Shown piece after piece: positions 37,029 through 50,248 of a stretch of 64,000 nt of DNA. The translations under genes and the position numbers were made by a program. The notes below the pieces were generated by a model. It saw nothing but the letters and a program-made list of their open reading frames with translations, did no database searches and was not told the origin of the DNA. The DNA comes from Octopus bimaculoides (Eukaryota). Within the stretch, counting starts at the first letter, position 1. Each line of letters opens with the position of its first letter. The stretch covers positions 199,435,774-199,499,773 of the forward strand of contig NC_068981.1 of the NCBI RefSeq assembly GCF_001194135.2, given 5' to 3'.

Positions 37029-37589
37029 GTGTTGATATGAATGACAGAACGTTTCCCTAGATGGAGCTAACATCATTAATGCTGTGTGCCAAAAATGATC
37101 TATTTTGATTAAAATTGAACTCAGAACAAGAAAAAAGCCATTAATGACAAAAGAGATTCGTAATAATTTTTGTCATTAGGGAAAAGCGGGGGGGAACTGC
37201 TAAATTTAAATTTAGAAAAATTAAATAGACATACTACTGTAGGAAGAGAACTTTATCTTTAGTATTCATAAACTACAACTACTGACATGTTTCTCTCTTA
37301 TTAGACCTCATCAGGGAAATGTAACCTTTACTGCATATTAAAACAATTGAGAAAATTTAGTTTTAGGGCTGGAAATAATTCACTAATTAAGCAATTTAAA
37401 ATAATGGCATTGGATAAATTTCCAATGGAAAACATTGGGTTGAGTGTGTTGGCTAGTTTAGTTCAGTTGACACTCTTGGTGCACCCAGTTTCTGCTCTTT
37501 AGGCGGTTGTGGGTATACAAATCTTCAAATTGGTCTGGCCACAAACATAATGAAGATGAAGATCGTTGCACAGGCAGCCACCAGCCAAG

Positions 37590-37800
37590 ACAAGTGTCAT
37601 AAGGTTACATAACAGTGTCCTGGAAACCATGGAGGCTTTCCTTTACCTCGGAAGTTACCTGTCCAGCAATTGCAAGATTGGTGCAGCCTACACTGCGATT
37701 GGAGAACTCTCAAAACTTGTCTTCCTAAACCACAACCTCACCTTCCAAACAAAAGTCATGGCATTCCAAGTTCTTGTCCTTTTCACACTCCTCCATCGTT
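37590..37800 (+). pseudogene. Short RTE ORF2 remnant
   Basis: LETMEAFLYLGSYLSSNC..AAYTAIGELSKLVF.NHNL.FQTKVM.F..LVL.TLL. Confidence 0.7.
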
Positions 37801-37887
37801 GTATGTGCACATGTCTATTGAATGTCGTACGTGTTTTCTATGGAATTCCTGACATGTTTGTCTTGTGTGTGTGCATGTGTGTGTGTG

Positions 37888-37976
<89 letters not shown>

Positions 37977-39129
37977 GTGTGTGTACATTTATGTTGTTAG
38001 ATGTGAGGGTTGGATGCACAATGATATTCTTTAACATTTTACTCTTCAAAAAAGAAATGGTTGATGTTGTTGCTGCTACTGTTGTTGTTTAATCATAAAC
38101 TGGTCATGGTTGAGTAGACCTATGAGGAAAGACATTCCACTCATAACCATCACATCCGTCTCTCAGGAACTGTACATCTAAGATTATATTTTCTGATGGG
38201 CTGATTTCTTTTTAAGATAGTAGAATGGAATTTTAGAAATAGTTACCAGTTCACATAATGGCTCCCCGCCACCTCAGAGGCTGGACGGGAGATGCAGATT
38301 ACACTGATGCAGCTTTAAATCCGTTTCCGAGCCAAGTTTACAAATGATCGTTGTTCGGTTGGAGAAATGAGCAAGTAAGAGTGGTGCCCTTACTGTGCGG
38401 AGATGGGACATTGTCATAGAAGTAGACAAGATGAAGATAATAATTGTGCTGTCTGACACCGTTTATAATTGTAGTAGTTGCACTACTACTACTACTACTA
38501 CTGCTGCTGCCGCTGCTGCTGCTGCTGCTGCTGCCTCAACTGCCATGTAACAACTCTATGTCAAAGATAATGTACAGATACATTGAAGAAGACTTCCTCG
38601 AGTGATTATTGATAAAAGAACAAGGCTGTAAATGTCATGATTTGATCAATTACTTATTGGTTTTCTTCCAAATAGAAACCAATTATTAACAATCCTCTTT
38701 GACTTGTTCACTGCAGATTCCCCCCCGCCCTTTTTTATTCTCCTGTTTAAGTCATAAAAAAAGATAATGTAAAATAAAATGAAACAACTGTGAGAAATTG
38801 AAGACAAGAATCAAACAAAAAAATCTGTTGATTGATCTTTGAAAGGTAACATTAAATCAACAAATATTCCAATAAAAATACAAGTCATTTGCAGTGAAAA
38901 GCAATTAGGAACTGTCTGAACATGGAACTGGTGGCTTTTTCTCTTTTTTAATCAGATTTCTTTTTAACTCTTAGTCAACACTTTTGCATTAAATCTGTTT
39001 AACAATTCTCTGACTCAGCAGAACGTCTGCCCTATCCAGGGTTAATGTTACCCAAACTAAGACTTTTAATTTCAAAAGTAAGCTTGAAATGTCAGGGACA
39101 CATCTATTTTCTTGGTCTCTCCCTATAAT

Positions 39130-39355
39130 TTATCATCATCATCATAATCATCATCATTCAACGGCCATTTTCCATGCTGACAGGGGTTGGATGGTTTGAC
39201 AGGAGCTGGCAAGCCAGAGGACTGCACCAGACTTCAATTGTCTGCTTTGGTTTTTACAGCTGGAAACCCTTCCAACCACATTACAAAGTATATTGGGTGC
39301 TTTTGTTATATGGCCCCAGCAGGGGTGCTTTTTATGTGGCACCAGCACGGTTTCT
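39130..39355 (-). mobile_element. Diverged RTE-tailed retroposon 3' end
   Basis: (ATC)n, ccatgctgacagggg, conserved domain, one or two modules. Confidence 0.7.
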
Positions 39356-39399
39356 CCTTACATGCAGCATTCATTTTGTTATTTGTGTCTATTTTAAAT

Positions 39400-40194
39400 G
39401 CTTTCCATCAGCTCATAACCGACCTCTCCACCTCCCACATCTTCTCCACTCCATCCCTCCCTTCCTTCAAACTCACCTGTAATCAATGTGACCTACAGGT
39501 GCATAACTTCTTCCCCACTCCTGGTGCTCAACTTGACTAATTTCCTCCCTCTTGCCCATGCTGTTGCACTTGACCTTTCCTCTCCAACACCATCGTCTTC
39601 ATCAGTATCCACAGCTGACCCTTCCACATCACCCTTGCACCTTCCCTTGCACCTTTAGCAATTGGATTCACTGCATTCTCCACTTTCTTTGCCCATCTCT
39701 GTACAATGAACAAACTGGTCAATACTTGACTGACCATTTTGCTGAACACTTTCAGGACATCGGACATTCTGATCTCACACCATTCCGTTTGAATGGTCAT
39801 TCCCTGTAATATGTCTGTATTCAGATGGACCTTCAACCTAGACTTCCGTCCCCGTCTGGAGCAGGAATTCATTTTTCCCACCATACTTCAGTCCTTCACA
39901 GTTTGAATTCTCCCCCCTTTTCATTTAAACTCCCCCTTCACACACACAAACACACCTCTTACCTTCCCACTGTCCCTTCACTTCTACCCCTCATGCACCT
40001 ACTCCACATTACTCAACACCACATACACACTATTCACGTTCAGGCAGCACACACACAAACACACTCACATTTCTTCTTCCTGCTATGCAAATGCTAGCAC
40101 CTTCCATATCCATCTTCCCATATAACACACATACACTTCCCTATACCTATCAGTTTTGTCACTTCTATTCCACCAAACACCTCTATACAGCTTC

Positions 40195-40235
<41 letters not shown>

Positions 40236-41080
40236 ACACACATACGTGCGCATCCATTCACGCACACATTAGCTTCATACGTGCACACAAACTTGCTCAC
40301 ACACGCATATGCCAGGTCACCATTGTCTCCCTTCCTACTTATGTCTCATGTCCACTACACAGTTCTCTCCTTCGCCACTCACACCTCTCGTGCCGTCATT
40401 TCCGCATTGTGGGTCAACATCTATTTTTGACACGTTTGTTCTTTTCCTTTCAGAGAAGAATCGGCACATGTTTCATCCCTACTTTTGCACTACCAGTTCT
40501 TGGGACCACTTCCTTTTCAATTCCATCCTTCATTCTCCTTATCCTCTCCTCTCCAGTCATCAGCCATTTTTTTATACCTTCAGTGATTCCACCCTCCTCT
40601 TTCAGTTACATCTTACGTCTGCCATATCTTCTCTTTTAACACATCTATCTGCTACCATTCTCAGCATTCTTCCATATCCACTATCAATGCTCCTCCTCCA
40701 CCTTCATTGCCCCAGCCACTATAATCATCCTCATCTACCTCTGACCCCTGTCTCTGTCACAGTTCATCCCTTTCTCTCCCCTCAACTACCACCACCACCT
40801 CTTCATCTCCCTACTCTCTCGTCTCTCCACAAATTTATGACACTGCGACTCTTCACACTTCCTCTGCTGCTGCTCTTCCTTCCTCACCTACTTCTATCTC
40901 CCCCTCACCTCCCCACTCTACATTGATATATACCATCCACCACACCACCACCCTGTTTCTCACTCACTCTATCCCCATCTTTAATCCTCTGTGTAATAAC
41001 CTTATAGTAATAATGTCGATAATATATGTAACTTTCAACAATTATCAACTGATACGCCGAAACAGTTGTAGTGATATGTA
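39400..41080 (+). mobile_element. Penelope-like (Neptune-type) element 3' part: GIY-YIG remnant (~39620-39930), pyrimidine-rich UTR, terminal hammerhead relic
   Basis: FPCTFSNWIHCI...CPSLYNEQTGQYLTDHFAEHFQDI resembles FTCTSSNVIYCI.C..CPSLYIGETGR.L.DRF.EH; ends LNSPPFSF. Confidence 0.75.
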
Positions 41081-41138
41081 ATAAAGTCTGTTCATTATTC
41101 ATTCCATCTTCTTGTGTTAAAATTCTTTTACGCACGCG

Positions 41139-41182
<44 letters not shown>

Positions 41183-42093
41183 CACGCACACCTGTATATA
41201 TCTACATGTGTATGAATTATGTTATAAAAGGAAAAACCAGGAAAACAAGGTAAACAAAAAAAACGAATGAACAGGATATATTAGATTTGCACACAGGAAA
41301 AGATTTGAAGCCTTTTCCATTTTGGGCATACGTTCTTCTACAAAAAAATTGCGTTCAACATCGATTAATTACATTATGCAAGAACGTTTGTGCATACCCA
41401 TATTTATAAATGTATATGAATTTATACTAATACATCCAGTATACATTTTCTGGATGTATGTGAATATGTATCTTACCATTTATGGGTATTCCATAGATTT
41501 TGAATGTCAAGTAATTCATGAAATTGTAAGTTCATAAAAATATATTTTGTAAATCTTATGAAGTCTTGAATACGTATTATGCATGTGTTGTATCGTTTAG
41601 AATTCCCACGTGAGATCCTGGAAGTATATACCTAATATGCATATTGTGCATAATAGAAAGGAAGATGAGAATGGAGAGGCAGGTATTGTCTCGTGAAAGT
41701 TTTAACAAAAGGTGGGTGAATGTAGCAAAGGTGGTGCGTGCGAGTGATGATACCTCTTTGAGCATGATCCTGTAAATCGAGAAAAATAAAAAAAGAGAGA
41801 GAGAGAGAGAGAGCACCTTGCTCTCATGTGCCTATTCCCTGGTGAGGTTACCCTGGTCTTTTCCGTAAGCTTTTCTCTCCATGGATAAACCTAATGTTAC
41901 ATTTTTTTTAGATCTTAAACATTTACTGTGATACACGATATACGATCCCTTTTTGATCGTTTTTTCTTTTCTACCGATCCCTTTTGATCGAATTTTTTTT
42001 CTAAAAGAAAAGCTCTACAATTGTATTTGTCCCCTCTGTGTGCAGCCCTGTGTGGCCAATAAAAGAAAGTTATCTATCTATCTATCTAAGCAT

Positions 42094-42168
<75 letters not shown>

Positions 42169-42664
42169 TTCTTGTAACATGAAGTAAAAGTTCGTTAATA
42201 TTATCCCTTTTAATTTTAATAGAGATAAATACAAATCCAATTGCTTTCTCTCTTGAATCAAATCAACTCCCCCCCCCCTCTACTTCCCTGTTCTGTCACA
42301 CAACTCTGACACAACCCGTTAACATAGTTCCGTGACACTGTTCCGTCATGATTTATGTCACCCTATACAAGCACTATGTCACATTTCTGTGACACTCATC
42401 TCTGATACAACAGTATAGGCAATTATCTCTCTGTACTGTGACACAACTTTGTGGCACAGTTCAGTGTCACTCTTTTGTGAGTATTTCTCTCCCACTATCG
42501 CTCTCTACTATGGCAAAAGTTTGCGACACTATTCTACCATGATTTATTCCCCACCACCCCTGACCATTTGCTATGACACTTCACTTTGTCTGTCTGTCTC
42601 TCTCTCTCTCTCTCCCACTCTCTCTTTGTATATATATAGATATATATGTATATATATATACATG

Positions 42665-43564
42665 CAATGAGTGTTCAGTTCAATTTGACCGTGCATAAAA
42701 GGAAAAGAATATACAATAATCCCATCCCAAAATAAAAGTATTGTTTAAAAACTCAAAAGAATAACAACTATATTACAGCTGGGAGATGACGGTTTACTCT
42801 TATAAGTAGCTGCCCTCAGCTTCCGTTACAGTTTCAAGACGGCTCCAGAACCTGGCGCATGCATTTCCCACTGTGTCCTGGGAAGGTCTTCAAACACTTC
42901 CTTGCTCTTCGTCACCAGCTCTGTCCTGATGTTGCAGGCAGAGCGATTGATACATTTCTCAACTGCACCTCACACATACATGAGATTACAATCAGGGAAA
43001 CTAAGGGGTCAGAGATTGGGGCTGGTGGAATCCTAGAAATTCTCCGACAACCATTTCTGATTCATTCCGGAGCTATAATAACAATGCCAATCCTGCTTCC
43101 ACACGTATGGCTTTCCAGTAGTAACCTTCTCCAACCAGGGTATCATTACAGTCTCCAGCAGCTTCACATAGCTGGCTAAGTTGAACCTAAGGCCCTGTTC
43201 AGAGATGTGGGGTGGCATGACGTTACCTTCCCTAAGGACACATCCAAAGACCGTCACAGTTTGGGGAAATTTGGTTTTCATGATGTCCACGTCGTGTCTT
43301 ACAGCCGTTACAGTGTCCACAGAGCATTGAATAGTAATCAAGATGTCTGCATTTCGACACCTAGCATGAACCATTATGATACAGGTAACTCTTTTCCAAT
43401 ATTCAGATGGCTTCCAGCCGTCTATGTCAGCTAAATTTTTCTCAATTGCAACTTCAGTTTTTATGTTCTCCAACAATGTTGACTGTTCGACGACAATGTG
43501 CCAAGCTGTTTGTGGACAAGAAAATGAGGTATAAAATCTCATCAAATTTAACCAGAACACCCTG
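42665..43564 (-). mobile_element. Internally deleted maT/DD37D-like Tc1-mariner element
   Basis: MKTKFPQTVTVFGCV..EGNVMPPH, KPYVWKQD, WLSENF..SP.L.P.S.DCNL, VWGAVEK; TIR cagggtgttctggttaaatttga (43564-43542) resembles 42665-42688. Confidence 0.85.
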
Positions 43565-43566
43565 CC

Positions 43567-43675
<109 letters not shown>

Positions 43676-44289
43676 TCTAAAAACAGAGTCAAACTCAAGA
43701 AAACAATGGCCCAACGTAAACAGTGTTGTCAATCAAGAAAAAAAATAGAACTGAAGTTGATCTTCCATTTTAATTTTAACTCATTTGTGAAAACTGCTGT
43801 TGTCGTTTAGTTACAGGTTAACTCTGGTCCAGTGGAACTATGATGAAAGCTATTCCAGCCATGACCAGCCTGTCTTTTTTCTCTCTGTATTAAACTCCGG
43901 ACTTCATTAACTATTGTTCTCTTTTCTAAGATGATGGCTTGCAATTTAAGGGAGACATTGATGCTATTTAAACTTTTAGGATGTTTTATAGCTCCATGCA
44001 ACTTCTCTACAAAGTCTGTGTCCAGATTGAAGTTAATCATTCAGTGAATACGTCACTTAGCTCTTGTAATTGTATATAAAAGTCTTCATTTAAACGAAAA
44101 TGTTATTTTATGTAATGACAATAAATATTCTCTAAAGCTTCTCCTGCTTTATGAGACATTCAAAGACATTTCTATAAATTTTCTTCTGACAGCGATCTAT
44201 TATAGGTTTCTACGACTCATAAAATAATACCATCCACACATAAAATCACTTTTTCGTGTGTGAAGAAACATGTTTTACCTAGAGTCATC

Positions 44290-44500
44290 ATGGTCATCAT
44301 CGTCGACGTCATCATCGTCATCATCATCGTCATCGTCATCATTATCAACAACAACAATATCATTTAACGTCTGTTTCCATGTTGGTCTGAGCTGGACAGG
44401 AACTGGTAAGCCAAAGGACTGCACCAGGGTCCAGTTGTCTGTTTTGGCTTCGTTTCTACGACCGGGTGCCCTTCCTAACACTAACCACTTTACAGAGTAA
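44290..44500 (-). mobile_element. Diverged RTE-tailed retroposon 3' end
   Basis: Degenerate (ATC/GTC)n, tttaacgtctgtttccatg, ggtgcccttcctaacactaaccac. Confidence 0.7.
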
Positions 44501-46123
44501 ATTTCAAAAATACCTGGAGCACACAAACGAAATAATCACAAACAGCTTCTACACACAGATATAATGAATCTTTCTAGCAACGTTATTGATTTTAATATTG
44601 TCTTTCTTGTGCTCGTTATTCATCTGTGAACTTAGCCAAAATATTTATTCTGTCTTCACAGTAGTTTATCTCATCCAAGATCTGCCAACGGACTTTTGAG
44701 GGGTGTAATCTACATCTCAGATACAAAAATATAATGATAAAATAATTCATAAAATACTCCGCAAACATTTTGAAATGTCGAAAAATTGAAAATAAAAACA
44801 TGAGTTGAATAAAATGTATGAATCCCTTTGAAATTATGTCTTGTTTTTAAATTTAATGCCTTTAATACCATTTTAACGTCAACATTTAGATGCTTTGATG
44901 GGTGAGACAAGACAAGATAGAATTTGACAGGTGAGACAAGACAAGATAGAATAGATAAATGTCCTTCTTGTCACCAGTCCTCACCTGTTTCCAAGCGAGA
45001 TAATGATTCCTTCAGTCTATCAAACTGCTTGGAATTGTTTTTACTGAGAGCTGCAAATAAACGTCACCATTTGTGTAAAACAAAAGTGATACATTTGTTT
45101 ACAACCAGCATGCACACATCAATACAAGGGAATATTAACTCAGTCACGCACACACATGTAATACCTAATCTATATTCTTTTGAGGAATTACGTGTATATT
45201 TTTACATGTTCATCAGTGGAAAATCAAATTTTGTTGGACTTCATTAAGGAACATCACTAAACACCCAATTCTGTGCAAAAAGTAGATAACTTGTCTTTAT
45301 TATTATTACATGAAAGACTCTTTGTCAGTTCTTATCTCTAAATTACAGCTTTTATTTTATTTATTAAACTTCTATTCAACTAAGACTTCAGGAACCAAAA
45401 CTAAATATTTTTTATATTTGTGTTTCAGAGCATTTATTATAGATATTTTCCATGATTTTGTAAGTTTTCAAAATATGTCTAATATCTAAGATCCCTTATC
45501 TATAACAGACAAAAGTTTTGTTTGTGAATGTCAGACATTATATTATAAATAAAATTGGTTTTCTTACTTCAGAGAATAAGCCATTTCACTTAGAACCAAA
45601 AAGTTATAGATTCTAATTCTGTTATTCTAAAGTTGGTTATTTCAATATTAAACCTTGTCAAGTAGATAAATTGCTATGCTTTGCCTACCATTCTTTCATT
45701 CTACCTTTCCTTATTTCATGTAGTGTTCTCTGATAACTGCTTTTAACTTCAAAGTTCAATGCACCTCACAATATTTGAAAGTTAACTAAAATGGGTTGAG
45801 AGTTCCAAGGAACTGGGATGTTATATAATTATAACCTAATATCAATTTCTGCTTATTCCATTATTGTATAAACTTTTATTACTGCTGTTAATAAACTTCT
45901 TTTGTATGATTACTATAATTACTTACATTATTATCTTCAGATTTATTGTTAACTTTAAAATTTGCCATTATGGGGTTATTGTTATTATTTGCATTCCTCA
46001 CATCACTGTCTCCTTTGTGAGCCCTCAATTTGGGGTCAGATCCAGAGTTTGAATTATTATATGTGTCTATATTATTCTGCAATATATTTTTAGCCTTGCT
46101 ATGGGTAATTACAGTATAGCAAG

Positions 46124-47200
46124 TATTGGATCGTCCCATGAATAATGCGTTTTTTTTATTCTTTTATTTTTCATAATTAAGATAAATAAAGTATTTTTCA
46201 ATCTAAAATATACTCTCTTTCATTTTCTATAATGCTTTTCCATCTTTCTGGTAGACTTGCAAGGCCCCACTTCCAAAATTCAGTTGTCTGTGATGAAAAA
46301 TACTCCTCCAGTACTGTTCTGACCTTGACTACAGAATTCATATTTTTCCGTCCAAACGATTTTGATGACTGCGGAATAAATGATAATCAGATGGGGCAAT
46401 GTCCAGCGAATATGGTGGGTGGAGCATTCAGACAGCTCCAACCTTTGAAATGTCATCCTCACTGTATGTGGCCAAGCATTATCCTGATGGAAGAGCATCT
46501 TTCTTCTTGCAACCAAAGACGGTCATTTTTCTTCTGGTGCTGACTTAAGCTACTCAAGTTGCTCACAGTAGATTTCCTTTGTTATCGTTTCGTTTGGGTT
46601 TAAAAGTTCAAAGTGAACTAAACCTTTCACATCCCACCAAACAAATAACAATACCTTATGTGAGTGAAGACCTTCTTTAACCTGGGGTGCCAGTATTTTT
46701 CCTTTCCCTACCCACTGACTTCAGCACTTGACATTTTTAGAGAGAACCCATTTCTCATCACCAGTTACTATTTGGTCCAAAAAAGGTTCATTCGTGAGAC
46801 ATGGCAGCAAAGAAGAGCATACATTCACTCTCTGCATGCAATTAGACTCAGAAAATTTGTGAGGAACCCATTGACCCAATTTGTGAGAAACCCATTGACA
46901 CAGGTGTTGATGAATGGTTGAATGACCAAATTCAAGTTTCTCTGCTAGTTTCTCAACAGTTATGATGAGATTTTGTCCCACCAGGATTTGCAGAATGTCC
47001 TCATTGAGCTCTACAGATCTTCCAGGATGAGGCTCATCTTTTAGGGTTTAGTTCCCGGCTTGGAATTTCTGGAACTGCCGTTGACACCATATACTACATT
47101 AATATTCCTCACACTTTCTGTTGCATTGTTGCCTTTATTCTTTTTCACTATAAAAATTAATTTCCAATAAATAAAATAGAGACAGTCAAATTTTCGTCAA
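46124..47200 (-). mobile_element. Decayed mariner transposon
   Basis: KLGQWVPH, FLDQIVTGDEKWV, LFHQDNAWPH, YSLDIAPSDY; TIR-like tattggatcgtcccatgaataatgcg at 46124. Confidence 0.88.
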
Positions 47201-47345
47201 ACCATTCATTCTAGCCCCAATTTATAGAGCAAATTATCATGCTACCTTAGTACAGTTATAGTACCGCAGCTGTTAAATATTAATCACCGAGCAGGCCCAA
47301 CCCTCTACTAAAAAAACTCAAAGCTGAGCTAAAGAACTGGCTATT

Positions 47346-48328
47346 TATAAAACACCACTTGATAATAACATTGGTTTAATGTCTGAGATATAAAATAGGC
47401 TAATGATAACATTTGTAAGAAAGTAATACAATCTCAATGGAAATAAAGAAGATTCATTATTAGATTTGCACCTAGGAACTTTTGAACTTAACACTGGAGT
47501 CCCCAAGATTTACTAACTAAACCTCTTTCTTACAACTTTCAATAATTTTCAAACAGAGAACACATATTGTCGATTATGTTCCAGATACCATATGTTAAAT
47601 AAAACACAGCCTCATCAAAATGGTAGGTGCTGAGTGAAAGACAGGAGGAATTTTTAGAAGCTGGAACTGTCTTGTACAGTGATGGACAAGAGAAGGGAGT
47701 TGGGGTTGAACTTCCTCAAACTCTGCTGATTGCATCTGATTTTTTTAAGAGCAAAAAATGTAGCATTTGATGTCAGAACTTTCAAAGGGTAAAACTTTCA
47801 TTAAGAAAAACTTGCAGTCTTTGTTATTGTTTGCAAAATATACGTTCTCATGGGTCAACTTTTTGCATTAAACGCTTTTAAAAATGTAAATTTATTCCTA
47901 ACCTCTACCTTCAAACAGCCCCGCAAAAATCTATTCTCTCATAGAAAGGTATTTAAGAGAATTCCTGCAAAATATTATAAAGATTTTCTTTTTCCTGGAA
48001 CCAATAAGTTTGTTGCTAAGTGACAGAAAGTTTTAAATTTCGTTTATAAATGAAAACAGGAGAATTGATACTATATCAATAAAAGAATCTATAAAGTCAA
48101 ATTGCTAATAATAGTCAGGAAATAACAAGGAGAGAGCAATAGTTGGATACTGTTGTAATGGAAGCAATAATAATAATAATAATAGTAAAACTGAGATCAA
48201 ATGGAGATGGATAGAATAGATGGAAATATAAAACACCACTTGATAATAACATTGGTTAAATGTCTGAGATATAAAATAGGCTAACGATAACATTTGTAAG
48301 AAAGTAATACAATCTCAATGGAAATAAA
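47346..48328 (+). repeat. 102-bp near-identical direct repeat (47346-47447 and 48227-48328)
   Basis: Two mismatches by manual alignment. Confidence 0.9.
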
Positions 48329-48769
48329 AGAAAAAAATATGACAGCAGGTTTAATTTTTAGATTCCTTTTATTTTGACTTGTTCAAGACTCAAGCTCCAA
48401 CCAGAGAAAGGATTTTTGTCTAAAACTACAAGATCAATGGAATGGCTAGATTATCGTTGTGAAAGGTTAAAGAAGCTTGGAATTGAGCTGAACTAAAGAA
48501 CTGGCTATTTATAAATTTCATAATGTAAAATAAAGAAGTCAGTCCCAGCAATATCAACTAGATGTGTATTTTAAGCAGTTCTAATGAGATATGAATCAAT
48601 CTCATAATCCCCACATTAATCTCACAATGACTACAATAATACAGGAAAATATTTTATAGGAAATATCATCTCATTTTCCTGACAGATATTTTTTGCTTGC
48701 AATTTTAAATATTTTTTTTTTTAATTCATTGAGAGAATCTGAAGACTTAACAGTTGAATCCATCATTAA

Positions 48770-49760
48770 TCAACAGGGAGTCATCAGTCATCTCCAAGGG
48801 CCCCATTAAGAGTGATTGTCATTAGGTCTTCCAGCAGGATTTCCAAACAGAAACAACTGAGATCATGGGTACTATCCAATAATCTCATTCTTGGTCTACC
48901 CCAAGGTCTCCCCCCCCCCCCGGTTGGGTTGGCTCAGCTTCAAGAATGTCTTGATTCTTTCCTCAAGAATGTCATGTGATTCTTTTCTAATCCCATGTCC
49001 GTAGTGCTGGAGCTGTGACCTCTCAATGAGAAGAGAAGTGGTTCGACCTGGAGAGATTCCCTCCTCTTTGGGCTACACATCTTGTTGTTGAGTGACCTTA
49101 CTTCAAAGATTCTTTAGAGGAACCCCATTTTGGCCATTTGCATTTGCGATTGCACTCTCTTTCATTCGTTACCCACAACATTCAGGACCATAAGTGAGGA
49201 TAAGCATGAAAATCAAATAGAGGATAATGAGTTTGGCTTTCTTACCAACCTCTCCTCTTCTGAGGATTGAATGATGGAACCGGTGCAGTATGGTACCAGC
49301 ATTTGGAATTCTAACATGCAATTCTTGCAAGGACCAATGTCTCAGTCTTTGCAACATTAAATTTCATCCCTTACCTTGCAGCACTCATCATGGAACCCAT
49401 TCAGTGCATCCTGGAGATCGCCTTCTGTAGAGTCAAGTAGCACCATGTCGTCTGCATATCTCAGCCAATTGACCCTACATCCATTGATTGTCTTGTTACT
49501 TCCACATTGGCTGTGCTTGTGAATCCAGTTCATTAAAATTATGAAAAAGAGAGGTGACAACACACAGCCCTGCTGAAGTCCCAACACCCATGTTAAAAAA
49601 TTTTGACTTAGTACTGTTTCCCCAAACATAGATACCTGGGTCTTCATAAAAGGATTTCAGAGTTACCGGAAGTTTCCCAGTAATCCCAAACATCTTGCAA
49701 AACCTTCCACTGTATGCTCCATGACATGCAGTCTTATCCCTTTTTGAGGGTCTGCAAAGC
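48770..49760 (-). pseudogene. RTE-clade reverse transcriptase remnant
   Basis: GLQQGCVLSPLFFIILM, LRYADDMVLL, LTYGPEC, RPRGRPRMRL. Confidence 0.88.
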
Positions 49761-50201
49761 AAGTGTACACATCTTAGCAATATTCCCAGGATTTCTTGAA
49801 GACTTGGCATGGAGTAAATATTTAATCAATTGTGCTGCATCCAAGATGGAAGCCACATTATTCTTCATCTAGTTTGCACTTGACGTTTTCTTTATATCTC
49901 TTTTCCAGACACCTGGAGTAGACATACCTCCCCTGATAATTAATAATTTTATACAAGTTTTAAAACAGACAGCAGAAGTTGTTGTTGTTGTAATTTAGCT
50001 ACCAGGTCAGCCTTGATACAGCTAAAACGTGATCCTTAGTCTTGCAGCGATGCTCATAAAGTCTTTCTAGTTTTTAGACACTCTATCTGGGACTACATTA
50101 TCAATTGTATCTTTTTTGTAAGACGGAGGAATGAAATTTGGAGACGGTTTGACTGCTATTTCATATAAGTTGTTCAGCCTCATTTACTCAATTGCTCTCT
50201 C

Positions 50202-50248
<47 letters not shown>

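Noticed and set aside
37566-38092. CVCV/HTHT/YIYI-rich ORFs throughout the window
   Set aside because: Translations of dinucleotide and tetranucleotide microsatellites.
44901-44952. 23-bp direct duplication (also a 24-bp duplication at ~46857-46900 in the mariner)
   Set aside because: Ordinary slippage duplications.
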